DNA of 62,925 nt, taken from assembly GCA_045604085.1 (NCBI GenBank), contig JAZUNK010000023.1:1-62925 (forward strand), in the 5' to 3' direction. The notes under the pieces were generated by a model. It searched no databases. It saw only the letters and a program-made list of their open reading frames with translations, and was not told the origin of the DNA. Position numbers and translations under genes: made by a program. Of the stretch, positions 20,113 to 30,733 are shown in pieces; position 1 is the first letter of the stretch, and each line of letters opens with the position of its first letter. The stretch comes from Candidatus Nanosyncoccus sp. (GTDB taxonomy: Bacteria > Patescibacteriota > Saccharimonadia > Saccharimonadales > Saccharimonadaceae).

Positions 20113-21312
20113 TTATTTTCTAGCGCTTATCCTATATTCTATATCTCTTAACACATTTTCAAAATACATAAACGATTCGTACGGCGAAGCGTAGGCGGAA
20201 AAATAGGCATGGACATCGCCATCGTTCCAATATTTTGTGCACATTGAGTAAGGATGATCGGAAGTCGTCATATATCGCCAATCGCGAATTAGGTCCTCGT
20301 CTTTAGTCTCCATAACATCTGTTCGCATTGAATAAAGCTCTTCCATCGCGGAAGTCTGCATTGAATTTGATAACCAGGCCGAAAGGTCTCGCTCCGTGTC
20401 GGCCCAAGTGACTGTTTCCGGCATCGAAATTTCATCAACCGGCCCAGAAGAATTACAAGCTTCAGAGACCGTAAGAAATTTGTTATCATATTCTTTCAGC
20501 CATTCCGGAATTAGATTATTCATAAAATCAAAGATACCAGTGTCTTTCCATTGATGTTCGCCAAAAGTTTCAAAATCCATAAATAGATTTATTAAATTTC
20601 CTCGCAAGCAATCCATTTCGAGCCAATTCTTATATTTTGGTACAGTCAGCGGCCATTCGCTCCAACTACGATTTGAGAACCGGAATGCAACATCATCTGA
20701 AAGACGATAATTTTTTAATAAGAGTTTTATATTTTTACATCCAGCTGGACGATAAACATAGTTCGGGCTGCGCCAGCCAAGGATTTTATCCCAACCTTCA
20801 GCCAAAATGCCACGATAACCTTGTTCCTCCGCCCATTTAGCCAAATTATCATTATAAGCAAATTCTGTGTTGCGGAAAACTTTCGGAGTTACGCCGAACA
20901 AGCCTTTAATTTTTTCGGTGTGTTTTTTTACTTGTTCGTTAAATTCGTCGCGATCATAGAAAAATGCGAGTGAGTGATAGTATGTCTCGCTAACAATTTC
21001 AACTTGCCCATAATCAACCATACGCTTAACTTGTTTAATTAATTCGGGACCCCATTTTTCAGCTTGATCTAACCAGGTGCCAGTAATTGAAAAAGATACC
21101 TTAAAGCCAGGATATTTTTTCATATTTTTTTCCAACAAATCAAGCATTGGTATATAACTTTTTTCTGCGACTTTTTTAAAGATACGCTCATTTGACTGAC
21201 GGCCGTTATAATTATCGTTAAAATAGTTAGAATTATTCGCAACGTCAAAAATAGAATATTCGCGATAGCGAACAGGCTGATGAATATGTAGATATAAACA
21301 AATCGCGCGCAC
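20113..21312 (-). CDS. GH57 alpha-amylase/glucan hydrolase
   Basis: HIHQP, ETYYHS, FRNTE, FMDFETFGEH. Confidence 0.92.
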   Translation of the reverse strand: MRAICLYLHIHQPVRYREYSIFDVANNSNYFNDNYNGRQSNERIFKKVAEKSYIPMLDLLEKNMKKYPGFKVSFSITGTWLDQAEKWGPELIKQVKRMVDYGQVEIVSETYYHSLAFFYDRDEFNEQVKKHTEKIKGLFGVTPKVFRNTEFAYNDNLAKWAEEQGYRGILAEGWDKILGWRSPNYVYRPAGCKNIKLLLKNYRLSDDVAFRFSNRSWSEWPLTVPKYKNWLEMDCLRGNLINLFMDFETFGEHQWKDTGIFDFMNNLIPEWLKEYDNKFLTVSEACNSSGPVDEISMPETVTWADTERDLSAWLSNSMQTSAMEELYSMRTDVMETKDEDLIRDWRYMTTSDHPYSMCTKYWNDGDVHAYFSAYASPYESFMYFENVLRDIEYRISARK

Positions 21313-21315
21313 CCT

Positions 21316-22536
21316 CTATTTCCTCTTATGCTTTACATCATTATAAATCTTTAAACATTTTTTTGCAACTTGATCCCAAGATATTTTGTGATATTCATTC
21401 TTTATATTGTCTTGCAGAGTTTTATAAAGAACTGGGTTTTCAACAATCGCAAGTATCTCATCCGCAAGTTTTTTGATATCCCAAAAATCATATTTCATGG
21501 CCGACCAAATGATTTCTGAAACACCGGATTGTTTAGTAATAATTAATGCATCACCATGGTGTGCCGCTTCTAGCGCAGTGAGGCCAAATGGTTCAGATAT
21601 TGAGCTCATTACGAATATGTTCGAAATAGAATATATGTCGCGTAATTTTTTTCCGCGAATAAAGCCAGTGAAAATTACATTTTTAGAAATTCCAAGATCG
21701 GCAGCTAGATTAATTAGATCATTTCTTTCTTCGCCGTCTCCAGCAAAGACAAAAATTAATTTAGGATTTTTTGAAATAGCGAGAGCGGCGGCATGCATTA
21801 AATTATATAAACCTTTTTGAATCGTAAAACGCCCAACCGTAGAAATAATTGTATAGCCATTTTCTTTTAATTTTTCTAAATACCCATATGAATCTTCGTT
21901 AAATTTATAATCTGCTATATCATAATTTTCGTCAAGGGAATTATAAATTACATCGATCTTATTTAATGGGATGTGATATTTCTCATGAATAATCCGCTTC
22001 GTTATTTCTGAGACTGCAATAATTTTATCAGCAAACATTAAGCCTTCGTACTCAATTTCATGAATTAACGGATTACCCGCGTGCATGCCAGCTCGATCGA
22101 ATTCAGTAGCATGAACATGAGCGATTAGCGGAAGACCATATTGCTTTTTAGCCAAAATGCCAGCTTCATAAGTCAGCCAATCGTGTGCGTGGACTAGATC
22201 TGGCTTATATTCCATAAGATATTTTTCAATAAATTCACAATATGTTTTTTGAACATCGCGAAGAGAAACCAGGCTGCTCTTATCGATAGTAGGAATGATT
22301 TCTTCAAAAAGTTTTAAGGATTCATATGACCCGCCGCCATAACGGAAAAGTGGGTCAAGATGCGTAGCTGAAAGGATATGCATGAAATTAATTTCAGGAT
22401 AATCGGCTTCATAGGGAATCACGAAATCGATTTTGGCACCTTCCTTAGAGAGAGCGCGTGCCATATTTAAACAAGCAACACCAAGCCCCCCACTATTATG
22501 GGGTGGGAGCTCCCAGCCTAGCATGAGTATTTTCAT
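21316..22536 (-). CDS. GT4 glycosyltransferase (glycogen synthase-like)
   Basis: GWELPPHNSGGLG, HAHDWLT, HATEFDR, SEPFGLTALEA. Confidence 0.9.
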   Translation of the reverse strand: MKILMLGWELPPHNSGGLGVACLNMARALSKEGAKIDFVIPYEADYPEINFMHILSATHLDPLFRYGGGSYESLKLFEEIIPTIDKSSLVSLRDVQKTYCEFIEKYLMEYKPDLVHAHDWLTYEAGILAKKQYGLPLIAHVHATEFDRAGMHAGNPLIHEIEYEGLMFADKIIAVSEITKRIIHEKYHIPLNKIDVIYNSLDENYDIADYKFNEDSYGYLEKLKENGYTIISTVGRFTIQKGLYNLMHAAALAISKNPKLIFVFAGDGEERNDLINLAADLGISKNVIFTGFIRGKKLRDIYSISNIFVMSSISEPFGLTALEAAHHGDALIITKQSGVSEIIWSAMKYDFWDIKKLADEILAIVENPVLYKTLQDNIKNEYHKISWDQVAKKCLKIYNDVKHKRK

Positions 22537-22579
22537 CTATACTATTTTAGCATGATTTAAGAATAATCACAATAAAAAA

Positions 22580-22655
22580 TGGCAGGGGTGGCAGGACTTG
22601 AACCCACGACACGCGGTTTTGGAGACCGCTGCTCTACCAACTGAGCTACACCCCT
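22580..22655 (-). tRNA. tRNA-Trp(CCA)
   Basis: Minus strand AGGGGTG...GCGGT-CTCCAAA-ACCGC...CACCCCTGCCA. Confidence 0.95.
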
Positions 22656-22717
22656 AACTAAATGTACTACATATATTTTACCATAAAATACTAGAAATAT
22701 GCTATAATGGTTTTATT

Positions 22718-23209
22718 ATGGAAGGTAATAAAAAAAACAAACCGCGAGCGTTACTAGTTTTCGGTGCCCCTTGTAGTGGAAAAACTTTGTTTGCAGAAAA
22801 ATTTGCGAACAAATTTAGTCTTGCATATTATAATTTAGATGAAATTCGATCGGATCATGATTTTTCCCACAAAACGTTGCTTGCAATCCTCGAGTTAATT
22901 ACACGAACTAAACAAACTCTAATTATAGAAGGTGGTCTGAAAACCGAAAAAGATAGAACGGATATTCGTAATATTTTAAGGAATAATGGGTATGAACCTT
23001 CTCTCGTTTGGGTACAAACTGATTTTTCTACAATTAAATTGCGCCTGAAGTCGAAATATCGAAATATTAAAAAAGCCAAAGAAATCTATGACAACGCAGT
23101 AGCCGAACTAGAGGCTCCTGCTGATTTTGAAAAACCAATCATACTGTCTGGCAAACATACTTTTGAAACTCAAACTAAACATGTGTTGACTGGACTTGCG
23201 GACATCTAA
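22718..23209 (+). CDS. P-loop kinase (AAA_33-like)
   Basis: GAPCSGKT Walker A in a small kinase fold. Confidence 0.75.
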   Translation: MEGNKKNKPRALLVFGAPCSGKTLFAEKFANKFSLAYYNLDEIRSDHDFSHKTLLAILELITRTKQTLIIEGGLKTEKDRTDIRNILRNNGYEPSLVWVQTDFSTIKLRLKSKYRNIKKAKEIYDNAVAELEAPADFEKPIILSGKHTFETQTKHVLTGLADI

Positions 23210-23216
23210 AAAATAA

Positions 23217-23762
23217 ATGATCATAAACGATGAAGAATTTGGGGAAGTAATTGTAAGAAAAAACTCTTTAGCACGAGGTGTTAAGTTTTCTATTTCTACA
23301 TCCGGGCGACTACAAATGTCGGTTCCAAAATACACTTCAAATTTTTTAGCGAAGAGATTTCTAAATACTAGTCGCGAAGAGATACATAAAAAATTACCGA
23401 TCAAAGATCCCAAAGAGCAACGATCTAGAGACTATCAAAAAAAATTACTCACCAAGAAAGCTAAAGAGTATTTGCCATATCGTTTGGAATATTATGCTAA
23501 ACTCTATGGGTATTCTTATAGCAAGTGTCGGTTAAGCCACGCCAATACAAGATGGGGGAGTTGTTCTAGCAATCGAACCATTTCATTAAATATAGGCCTA
23601 ATGAAGGTTCCGGAAATTTTAAGAGATTATGTGATTTTACACGAACTAGCACATCTTAATCATATGGATCACTCAAAAGCTTTTTGGGCGGAAGTCAGTC
23701 TTCATGATAAAAATTATAAAATTCACGAAAAAAAATTAAAAATGTTTAATCCGGGAGTTTGA
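23217..23762 (+). CDS. YgjP/DUF45 metal-dependent hydrolase
   Basis: TRWGSCS, YVILHELAH..HMDHS..FW. Confidence 0.88.
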   Translation: MIINDEEFGEVIVRKNSLARGVKFSISTSGRLQMSVPKYTSNFLAKRFLNTSREEIHKKLPIKDPKEQRSRDYQKKLLTKKAKEYLPYRLEYYAKLYGYSYSKCRLSHANTRWGSCSSNRTISLNIGLMKVPEILRDYVILHELAHLNHMDHSKAFWAEVSLHDKNYKIHEKKLKMFNPGV

Positions 23763-23884
23763 GACAAATTACCCTATAAAATACGCAACTATGTTTTTTA
23801 AATATAATAGTGTGTTTTAAAAAAATGTATATTTTTTAAATAAAATTTAAAGCTTATGCTATAATAGACGTAAAGGAGGATGGT

Positions 23885-24376
23885 GTGGAGCTTAAAAAGC
23901 ATTTAAGTCCGAGAAGTTTTTTAATCGGTATGTATGTCTTTGCCTTTTTGGTGTATATTATTTATGGTCTGCAGCCGGCAAAAGCTTCTTATTATAATAT
24001 TTCGACAAAAATTTTAATCCCTAGCATCAATCTCTCTTCGGATGTGACAGAATTAAAACTTGAAAATCAAAAACTTAATACTCCAGACGAAATTGTAGGT
24101 AGTTTTTCGAAATATAAAAATAAAACACTCCTTATTGGACATTCTAGTACGGTTTTTGAAAATTTATCTAATTTAGAAATAAAAGAATCCGTCTTTTACG
24201 ATCAAAAACACTATATTATTACCGAAAAAAAGATTTTATTAAAGTCAGATATACGAATGAGCGAACTTTTATCCGAATCAGAAAGAGACACGTTAATTAT
24301 TATGACTTGCGCTGGAGAGGATCTCGGTAACGGCGATGCTACGGAGCGCTTGATTTTAACAGCTAAAAGACTCTAA
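23885..24376 (+). CDS. Sortase-family protein (class F-like)
   Basis: N-terminal TM, LIGHS, IMTCAG, ERLI (His/Cys/Arg triad). Confidence 0.75.
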   Translation: MELKKHLSPRSFLIGMYVFAFLVYIIYGLQPAKASYYNISTKILIPSINLSSDVTELKLENQKLNTPDEIVGSFSKYKNKTLLIGHSSTVFENLSNLEIKESVFYDQKHYIITEKKILLKSDIRMSELLSESERDTLIIMTCAGEDLGNGDATERLILTAKRL

Positions 24377-26325
24377 AGCTTCTTTAGTTGTATTGCGAAT
24401 CCACCTCCTGGAGCCATATAAATATCAATATAATCATAGTTACCAACACGTTTATGCTGTTTTTTGATACTAAATTGATTATCGCGATAGTGAGCGTCGT
24501 CGGCATCAGCATATACAACCGCCTCAAAAACTCCTTCGCCCAAAAAGTCGAGAGAAATGTGGATGTGCCGAGAAGACTCGTCAGTAACACCCCCAAGATA
24601 CCAATTTTCTGAATCTCGATCTTTTCGCGCGACGATATAATATTCGCCGATTTCACCAGCGAGCGGAATAGTTTTTTCAAAATTTGTAGGAACATTACGA
24701 ATAAAAGTGAATTCGTCTGAGAACCTCTCTTCGTAGATAAAGGGTCGGTCGGCCGCCATTTGCATGCCAGAGTAAATGGTGACAAAATAGGCGAGCTGCC
24801 TAGCTAGGGTCGTAGATATTCTTCGAACATTATTTGCAAGGTCAAAAATTCCACTTGTATAATCCATCCCGCCAGCAAGTAGTCTTGTATATGGCAAAAA
24901 ACAAGCGTGAGAAGGAGATAGGGCTCCGCCTTCGTATTCTTGTCCACGAGCGCCCTCACGAGACAAGAGATTCGGCCAAGTGCGTTCAATACCGGTACCT
25001 TTAATTGGCTCGTGAATGTCTAGGCAAATATGTTTTTTTGCAGCCAATTCAACGGTTTTTTGATAATGTCTAACACCAAATTGTGAATGATGATATTCAC
25101 GGCGCCCATTAATTAGCATCATGCTGCCGGCGTAACCAGTTTTTATGTAATGAATATTATTAGAAGCATAATAATTATAAGCCTCTTCGATTTGTTGTTC
25201 ATAGTTGTCTATAAAACCGACCGTCTCATTGTGGCTAATGAATTCGATATTTTTGCTTTTTGCATAGCGGGCAACTTCTTCAAAATTAAAATCCGGTGTT
25301 GAAACCGTAAATTTGTTATTAATGCCGTTTTGAAGCCAGTCGCCTTCCCAACCTTCATTCCAACCTTCAATCAATAAGCCGGAAATACCAAGCCGAACGG
25401 CGGCATCGATATATTCTTTAGCGTGTTTGGTTGTAGCGCCATGACGTTCCCCGGGTGCCCAGGTCCATTCGCCAACATACATGGCCCACCAAATACCAAT
25501 AAATTTTAAAGTTTTTACCCAACTAAAATCTCCCCTTGGCGGTTCATTTAACGCATACATAATTCGATTTGTAGTTAGCTCAATAGCTGAATCCGCAATC
25601 ATGATTAAACGCCAAGGAGATAAAAAAGGTAGGGACACATGTGCCTTCGTGCCATCGGACAGTGGAGTGATGTCTGATTTTAAAATATTTTTTTCATTTA
25701 ATTTTATAGTCATTGACCCATAATCATATAAGGCCGCTTCGTGGAGAGATATGAAATAGCCGTTAGGGGTTTTTATCGTTAACGGTGTATGGACAGAATT
25801 TTTTAAATCGTAAACACTAGTTTTTTCATAATTATACTCATAGCGATCGGGTTGATATGCAGGGATCTTCCATGCTGTTGAATTTAAATTGATATTAAAC
25901 TCAGTCAATTCGTCCTGAACCGTAAGCTGTTGAAATTTTGGTTGTGGCGGAATTTCGTAACGAAAAGCAACCCCATCATCAAAAACTCTAAACCTAAGAG
26001 TCATTATGCGTTTTGGTTCTTTACTTTCGGAAAGATAAAAAGCTGATTCAATATAGTTGTTAGAAATATATCTATCTTCGCCCCAAGGCAACTCGAAAAC
26101 TTCTTCGTGTTTTTTCTTTTGTTCGCGGATTAGTTTTAATTTATCACCAAATGGGTCCTCTCCGCAAATTAAAAAGCCAAGCTTTGATGAATTAATAATT
26201 ATCTTGCCATCTTTATAAACTGAATAACTGATTCCATTAGATTTTAGAACGAAATGACATTTAACTCGACCATTAGGTGAAAAAATATCACGCTCTATTT
26301 CACTTTTTCCGAACCAATTAAACAT
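24373..26325 (-). CDS. GH97 alpha-glucosidase
   Basis: LHEAALYDY, GIWW, LIEGWN, HNET, KTGY, EGARGQEY, MAAD. Confidence 0.93.
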   Translation of the reverse strand: MFNWFGKSEIERDIFSPNGRVKCHFVLKSNGISYSVYKDGKIIINSSKLGFLICGEDPFGDKLKLIREQKKKHEEVFELPWGEDRYISNNYIESAFYLSESKEPKRIMTLRFRVFDDGVAFRYEIPPQPKFQQLTVQDELTEFNINLNSTAWKIPAYQPDRYEYNYEKTSVYDLKNSVHTPLTIKTPNGYFISLHEAALYDYGSMTIKLNEKNILKSDITPLSDGTKAHVSLPFLSPWRLIMIADSAIELTTNRIMYALNEPPRGDFSWVKTLKFIGIWWAMYVGEWTWAPGERHGATTKHAKEYIDAAVRLGISGLLIEGWNEGWEGDWLQNGINNKFTVSTPDFNFEEVARYAKSKNIEFISHNETVGFIDNYEQQIEEAYNYYASNNIHYIKTGYAGSMMLINGRREYHHSQFGVRHYQKTVELAAKKHICLDIHEPIKGTGIERTWPNLLSREGARGQEYEGGALSPSHACFLPYTRLLAGGMDYTSGIFDLANNVRRISTTLARQLAYFVTIYSGMQMAADRPFIYEERFSDEFTFIRNVPTNFEKTIPLAGEIGEYYIVARKDRDSENWYLGGVTDESSRHIHISLDFLGEGVFEAVVYADADDAHYRDNQFSIKKQHKRVGNYDYIDIYMAPGGGFAIQLKKL

Positions 26326-26380
26326 AAGTTTATTATAACATAGCTAAGGGTTTGGGTTAATATGATATAATATATAATAT

Positions 26381-27865
26381 ATGGCTCGAAGAGAACGGAG
26401 TTTGGCGAAAAAGTTCTTTTTAACGATTGTGATTTTTGTTTTTGTTGCGGCTGTTGCTTTTTTTGGGATTCAATTTCTTACCAAAACTGGTATTTTTCGA
26501 ATTCCGGGGGTAGTTTATTACGATGAAAGTCTGAATGATGATGAGTCGGAAAAGCTAAAAACAATTTTTACGGATGAAATAGAACTTGACAAGGATGTCC
26601 ATATTTCGGCTGAAAATTATTTATATAGACCGGACTTATCTGAGGGCGAATTTGTTGAAGAAATTTTTGTGCCGGTGGCTGATTTCTATAATAGTAAATC
26701 CAACATTGAAATCACAAATATAGATGAACTATTTACGAACTGCATGGAATGTGATTACAAATTTATAGCTATCAATGACTTGGATTTCACGCAAAAGTTA
26801 TTGTCGATAAATGATAAATATTTTTTGGATGATTTTAATTCAGGAGCCGTTTTTCGAGTAATCAAATTCTCATCTGATAGATATACTGATGAAATTATGC
26901 CCCTAGTTTCGGAAAGCTTTACGAAAGTTTTTCCAGAGAAGGAAACCGTGCTTTCTTTTGCACAGACTGGCGTGACGGCGTTGTCTCGGGGGATGAATGA
27001 AAAATTATACCAAATCGGGGATGCAAAGTATTTCAGTGAGAAAATCGCTGATTTTCTGTCCGAATTCGATCTAACGCACACTTCCAATGAATCATCTTTT
27101 AGCGATTATGCGTCTTCCAATAATATTTGTTCAGATAAAAGATTTATTGATACTTTAGGGCATATTGGTTTGGATATTGTTGAATTAACCGGCAACCACA
27201 ACCAAGACTGCGGCGACGAAGCAGCACTTGAAAGTATTAATATTTATAATGAAAAGGGAATAAAAGTCGTTGGTGGAGGGAAAACGGCAAAAGAAGCGGC
27301 TATTCCTTTAGAAATTGACGAAAAAGACTCAAAGATTACATTGCTCGCATATAATCTTTCAACGGGTGGAGCAACTTATGATGATACTCCTGGAGCAAAT
27401 CAATACCATGAAGAAAATGCGGCTTCTGATATCAAAATCGCAAAAGAACGGGGGGATTTTGTGATCGTTGATGTGCAATATTATGAATGTAGCATGTACG
27501 TAGCTGAATATGAGGACTCAACATGTGACTATGCTGATTCAGCTGCGGGGGACCAAGTTGGATTTTTTAGGCACTTAATTGATCTCGGTGCGGATGTCGT
27601 GGTAGGGACAAGTGCGCACCAACCACAGACTTTTGAACTATATGGTGATGGTGTAATTTATTATGGTTTAGGTAATCTATTTTTCGATCAAATTTGGTGG
27701 CCGGGAACAACACGAAGTTTAGTTTTGTCACATTATTTCTATAATGGAAAATTATTACAAACAAATATCGTACCTACTATATACGATTCCTCAATGCAAA
27801 CAAAGCTGATGGACAGAGAGATGTCAGAGTGGTTTATAAGACGTTTAATGAATGCTAGACCATGA
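26381..27865 (+). CDS. CapA (PGA_cap) metallophosphatase-family membrane protein
   Basis: N-terminal TM, LTGNHNQDCG, GADVVVGTSAH, YGLGNLFFDQ. Confidence 0.85.
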   Translation: MARRERSLAKKFFLTIVIFVFVAAVAFFGIQFLTKTGIFRIPGVVYYDESLNDDESEKLKTIFTDEIELDKDVHISAENYLYRPDLSEGEFVEEIFVPVADFYNSKSNIEITNIDELFTNCMECDYKFIAINDLDFTQKLLSINDKYFLDDFNSGAVFRVIKFSSDRYTDEIMPLVSESFTKVFPEKETVLSFAQTGVTALSRGMNEKLYQIGDAKYFSEKIADFLSEFDLTHTSNESSFSDYASSNNICSDKRFIDTLGHIGLDIVELTGNHNQDCGDEAALESINIYNEKGIKVVGGGKTAKEAAIPLEIDEKDSKITLLAYNLSTGGATYDDTPGANQYHEENAASDIKIAKERGDFVIVDVQYYECSMYVAEYEDSTCDYADSAAGDQVGFFRHLIDLGADVVVGTSAHQPQTFELYGDGVIYYGLGNLFFDQIWWPGTTRSLVLSHYFYNGKLLQTNIVPTIYDSSMQTKLMDREMSEWFIRRLMNARP

Positions 27866-28773
27866 ATACATGTAAAACATCCAAATATTATAGTTCGTGG
27901 CGAATACGGGTGTTTTTTGTTATACTACTGCTAATTATTTTAACGTTGGCTTTTTCTGCAATTAAATTTGAGAAGGCGCCCGATGAAAGCGACAGTGTTT
28001 CGATTTTGAAAGAAAATACGGAGTTGCCTGAAGTAGAGGCGAAAAACATAAAAGAAATAAATTTCCAGCCGGTCGTAGACGAGTGGGCTGAATCGATCAA
28101 GGGCAATAAAAGCATTCTAATTTACGATCTTGAGAAAAAAGAGGCGGTAGGTGCATATGATACAGAAAGAAGTTATAATACCGCTTCCTTATATAAATTA
28201 TTTGTGGTTTATGAAGGATATCGACGTTTATCTTCTGGAGAATGGATGGCTAACGACATTGCGGGGACAACTGGATATTCAATTTTAGAATGTTTGGATT
28301 TAGCAATTAGAGAATCATATTCTCCGTGTGCGGAAACTTTGTGGAAAATGATTGGACATGATGAGCTAGACCAAATTATACGCGAAGATTTTAAAATCAC
28401 AAATTCGAAAATCTCTAATTTAGTTTCTAATGTTCGTGACATAGCAAAAATTATGGAGTTATTTTATGAACATCCAGATTTTAACGATGAAGTTTTGGTT
28501 GAGCGTATGAAGGATTCATTTTTAAATCAACCTGAAACAATATATAATTGGCGGCAGGGGCTACCCAGCGGGTTTTCTAATGTCGCTAAAGTCTATAATA
28601 AAGTCGGGTGGGAATGGGATGGAGAACGCTGGAATATTTATCACGATGCGGCAATAGTTGAATTTCCTGAAGACGATCGTCATTTCATTGTTATAGTGAT
28701 GACGAACTACGTTTCGTATACCGAAATCGCAAAGCTAGGAACTATGATAGAGGAAAAATTTAATACGTACTAA
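27862..28773 (+). CDS. Beta-lactamase-fold serine hydrolase / PBP-like protein
   Basis: ASLYK (SxxK), NKVG, HDAAIV; N-terminal TM. Confidence 0.8.
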   Translation: MNTCKTSKYYSSWRIRVFFVILLLIILTLAFSAIKFEKAPDESDSVSILKENTELPEVEAKNIKEINFQPVVDEWAESIKGNKSILIYDLEKKEAVGAYDTERSYNTASLYKLFVVYEGYRRLSSGEWMANDIAGTTGYSILECLDLAIRESYSPCAETLWKMIGHDELDQIIREDFKITNSKISNLVSNVRDIAKIMELFYEHPDFNDEVLVERMKDSFLNQPETIYNWRQGLPSGFSNVAKVYNKVGWEWDGERWNIYHDAAIVEFPEDDRHFIVIVMTNYVSYTEIAKLGTMIEEKFNTY

Positions 28774-29716
28774 AGAATTGCGACCAATAAGTTTTATAAT
28801 CCGAATTGATATCAAAAATGAAGCCAACTGAAAGCTTAGTGTAATCAGGATTCAGAATATTTTCACGGTGACTTTCAGACCCCATCCAGAGCGCTACTAC
28901 CGAAGCCGGCGAAACGGCGGCATTCCCAATAGCGAGATTCTCTCCGCTAACCCCACCAGAATTAGGCACTGGACAAGCGGTTGACCAGCTCGAACCATCG
29001 GGACGAGTATGGCTATAAAGGACTTTTGTTTCAGTGGCCCTGACATTTGCGGCAGACTCACAAGTTTCTCCCCAAGAAAGTTGATTTAAATTATTTTTTA
29101 TTCTAATTTTATTAACTAGAGTAAGAACTTCGTACTCCCATTGCCTAGCCGGAGGGTCAATAACTGTTACGGTAATGGTATCCTTTCTGGTTCCGTCATA
29201 AGTCCCAGCCGTAATTGTTGTGGTGCCAATTCCGCTGATAACCGGATAACGACAGGTCTCTTTGTCGTAACCAAGCCAAGTACGGGCAGAATTATAAAAG
29301 CCAGAAATTACACTAGCATTCGAAGTTTGCCAATACATGTCTCCTAAGCCAGAGAGTCCACCGCCAACACAAATATCGACGTCTGGAGTTGCATAAATAG
29401 TGATGGCTGACTCGTTCCATAATTCGCCGGAAGAAACCGCTGAGTTATCAAATTCATGACTCGAAGTGGATATATAATCATCATTACCAAAGGCGTAAGA
29501 CACAACCTCGGCGTCCGAATCTGACACGGACTCTAGCAAAGATGTCTCGCTAACCGCTCCTTCAATCACATCCGTGCGTTCTCCAACGGCTCGAAATTCA
29601 ATACCTCCATTGAACCAAATGGCGCTAGATACTAAAATCCCAGCTATTAAAACCGCTGCCGCGTTTAGAGAGAGTAGAATTACAATTTTAGGATTATGAA
29701 GAGGTTTTCTGTCCAT
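28760..29716 (-). CDS. CAP/SCP-domain protein with Ig-like domain and TM anchor
   Basis: SHTRPDG, GENLA, WMGSESHRENIL; WQTSNASV Ig-like segment. Confidence 0.85.
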   Translation of the reverse strand: MDRKPLHNPKIVILLSLNAAAVLIAGILVSSAIWFNGGIEFRAVGERTDVIEGAVSETSLLESVSDSDAEVVSYAFGNDDYISTSSHEFDNSAVSSGELWNESAITIYATPDVDICVGGGLSGLGDMYWQTSNASVISGFYNSARTWLGYDKETCRYPVISGIGTTTITAGTYDGTRKDTITVTVIDPPARQWEYEVLTLVNKIRIKNNLNQLSWGETCESAANVRATETKVLYSHTRPDGSSWSTACPVPNSGGVSGENLAIGNAAVSPASVVALWMGSESHRENILNPDYTKLSVGFIFDINSDYKTYWSQFFSTY

Positions 29717-29718
29717 TA

Positions 29719-30672
29719 TTAGTGCTCGTTTTTCTTCTCTTCTTTAGTTGATATTTCTTTGTGACCAGTAATAAGTGCTCGAACTGACGACATTAATTCG
29801 TTCAAGGCCGGCATTAGTAGGATAAAAATAAGAATCATAATAAAATTCAAAACAATAACTTCGGTCGATGGGGTAGAACCGCGGAAAAGTGCCGCAAAGA
29901 TAAGAGAAAATATAATCATATATATAATGGCGACGGAGGAAATCATGACAATATAAGAAAACACTTTTAACCAGATTGATGCGAGATTGAGAGCGTGATA
30001 ACGAAGGATTGTATAGTAAAAGGCAATAATCGTTGCAGAGAGAGCCAAGGGCCCAAGCCAAATCATGCCCCAATTGCCGAAAAGTGGCAAAATTAAATTA
30101 GCTATTAAAACTAATGTGCTAGATAATCCGAAACTACCCATGATGACTAGATCGCCGCCACGTTTTTGTTTTGATTTGGTTTTAATGGATTGCTTCAAGA
30201 GGTTAATGACAATTGCCGGAACAATCAGGCAGAAAAATGCAATATAAGAAAAATAAAGTGGCCCAATATTCATTTCGACACTATTACCGGTCTTTGCCAA
30301 TTCAACGTTGTTATACAATAAGGATGGATTATAAAAGATAAAGGCACTGATGATTAAACCAAAGACGAGAAAGATAAAAGTTAAAATTTTACCATATTTT
30401 TCTCGCCAGGCAACATAGCCAAGGAAGGCAACATCAATAATAATTGCACTAACAAAGGTCCATTCGACGTGCCAATCAATAACATCGATCATGTCTGTAC
30501 CAGCGGTCAAGAATATAGAAATCGAAGCCATCCAGACTGTGGCAAAAATGGCGGCTAAGAAAAACCAAGCGGAACGAAGCTTATCTCCTTTAGAAGCCCC
30601 AAAAAAGACAATTGCGCCAGACAAGAACGTTAATATTGATACAGTAGCAAGCAAGATTATAATTAGATGCAT
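29719..30672 (-). CDS. Multi-TM sensor-like membrane protein (HisKA_7TM-like) with no catalytic domain
   Basis: About 9 TM helices, GPLY, ANLILP, YTILRY motifs; ends after the TM region. Confidence 0.6.
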   Translation of the reverse strand: MHLIIILLATVSILTFLSGAIVFFGASKGDKLRSAWFFLAAIFATVWMASISIFLTAGTDMIDVIDWHVEWTFVSAIIIDVAFLGYVAWREKYGKILTFIFLVFGLIISAFIFYNPSLLYNNVELAKTGNSVEMNIGPLYFSYIAFFCLIVPAIVINLLKQSIKTKSKQKRGGDLVIMGSFGLSSTLVLIANLILPLFGNWGMIWLGPLALSATIIAFYYTILRYHALNLASIWLKVFSYIVMISSVAIIYMIIFSLIFAALFRGSTPSTEVIVLNFIMILIFILLMPALNELMSSVRALITGHKEISTKEEKKNEH

Positions 30673-30733
30673 ATACCTCCTTTATAATAATATTATAGCA
30701 TATACATAACCAAAAGACTGTTTTTAAGACCGA

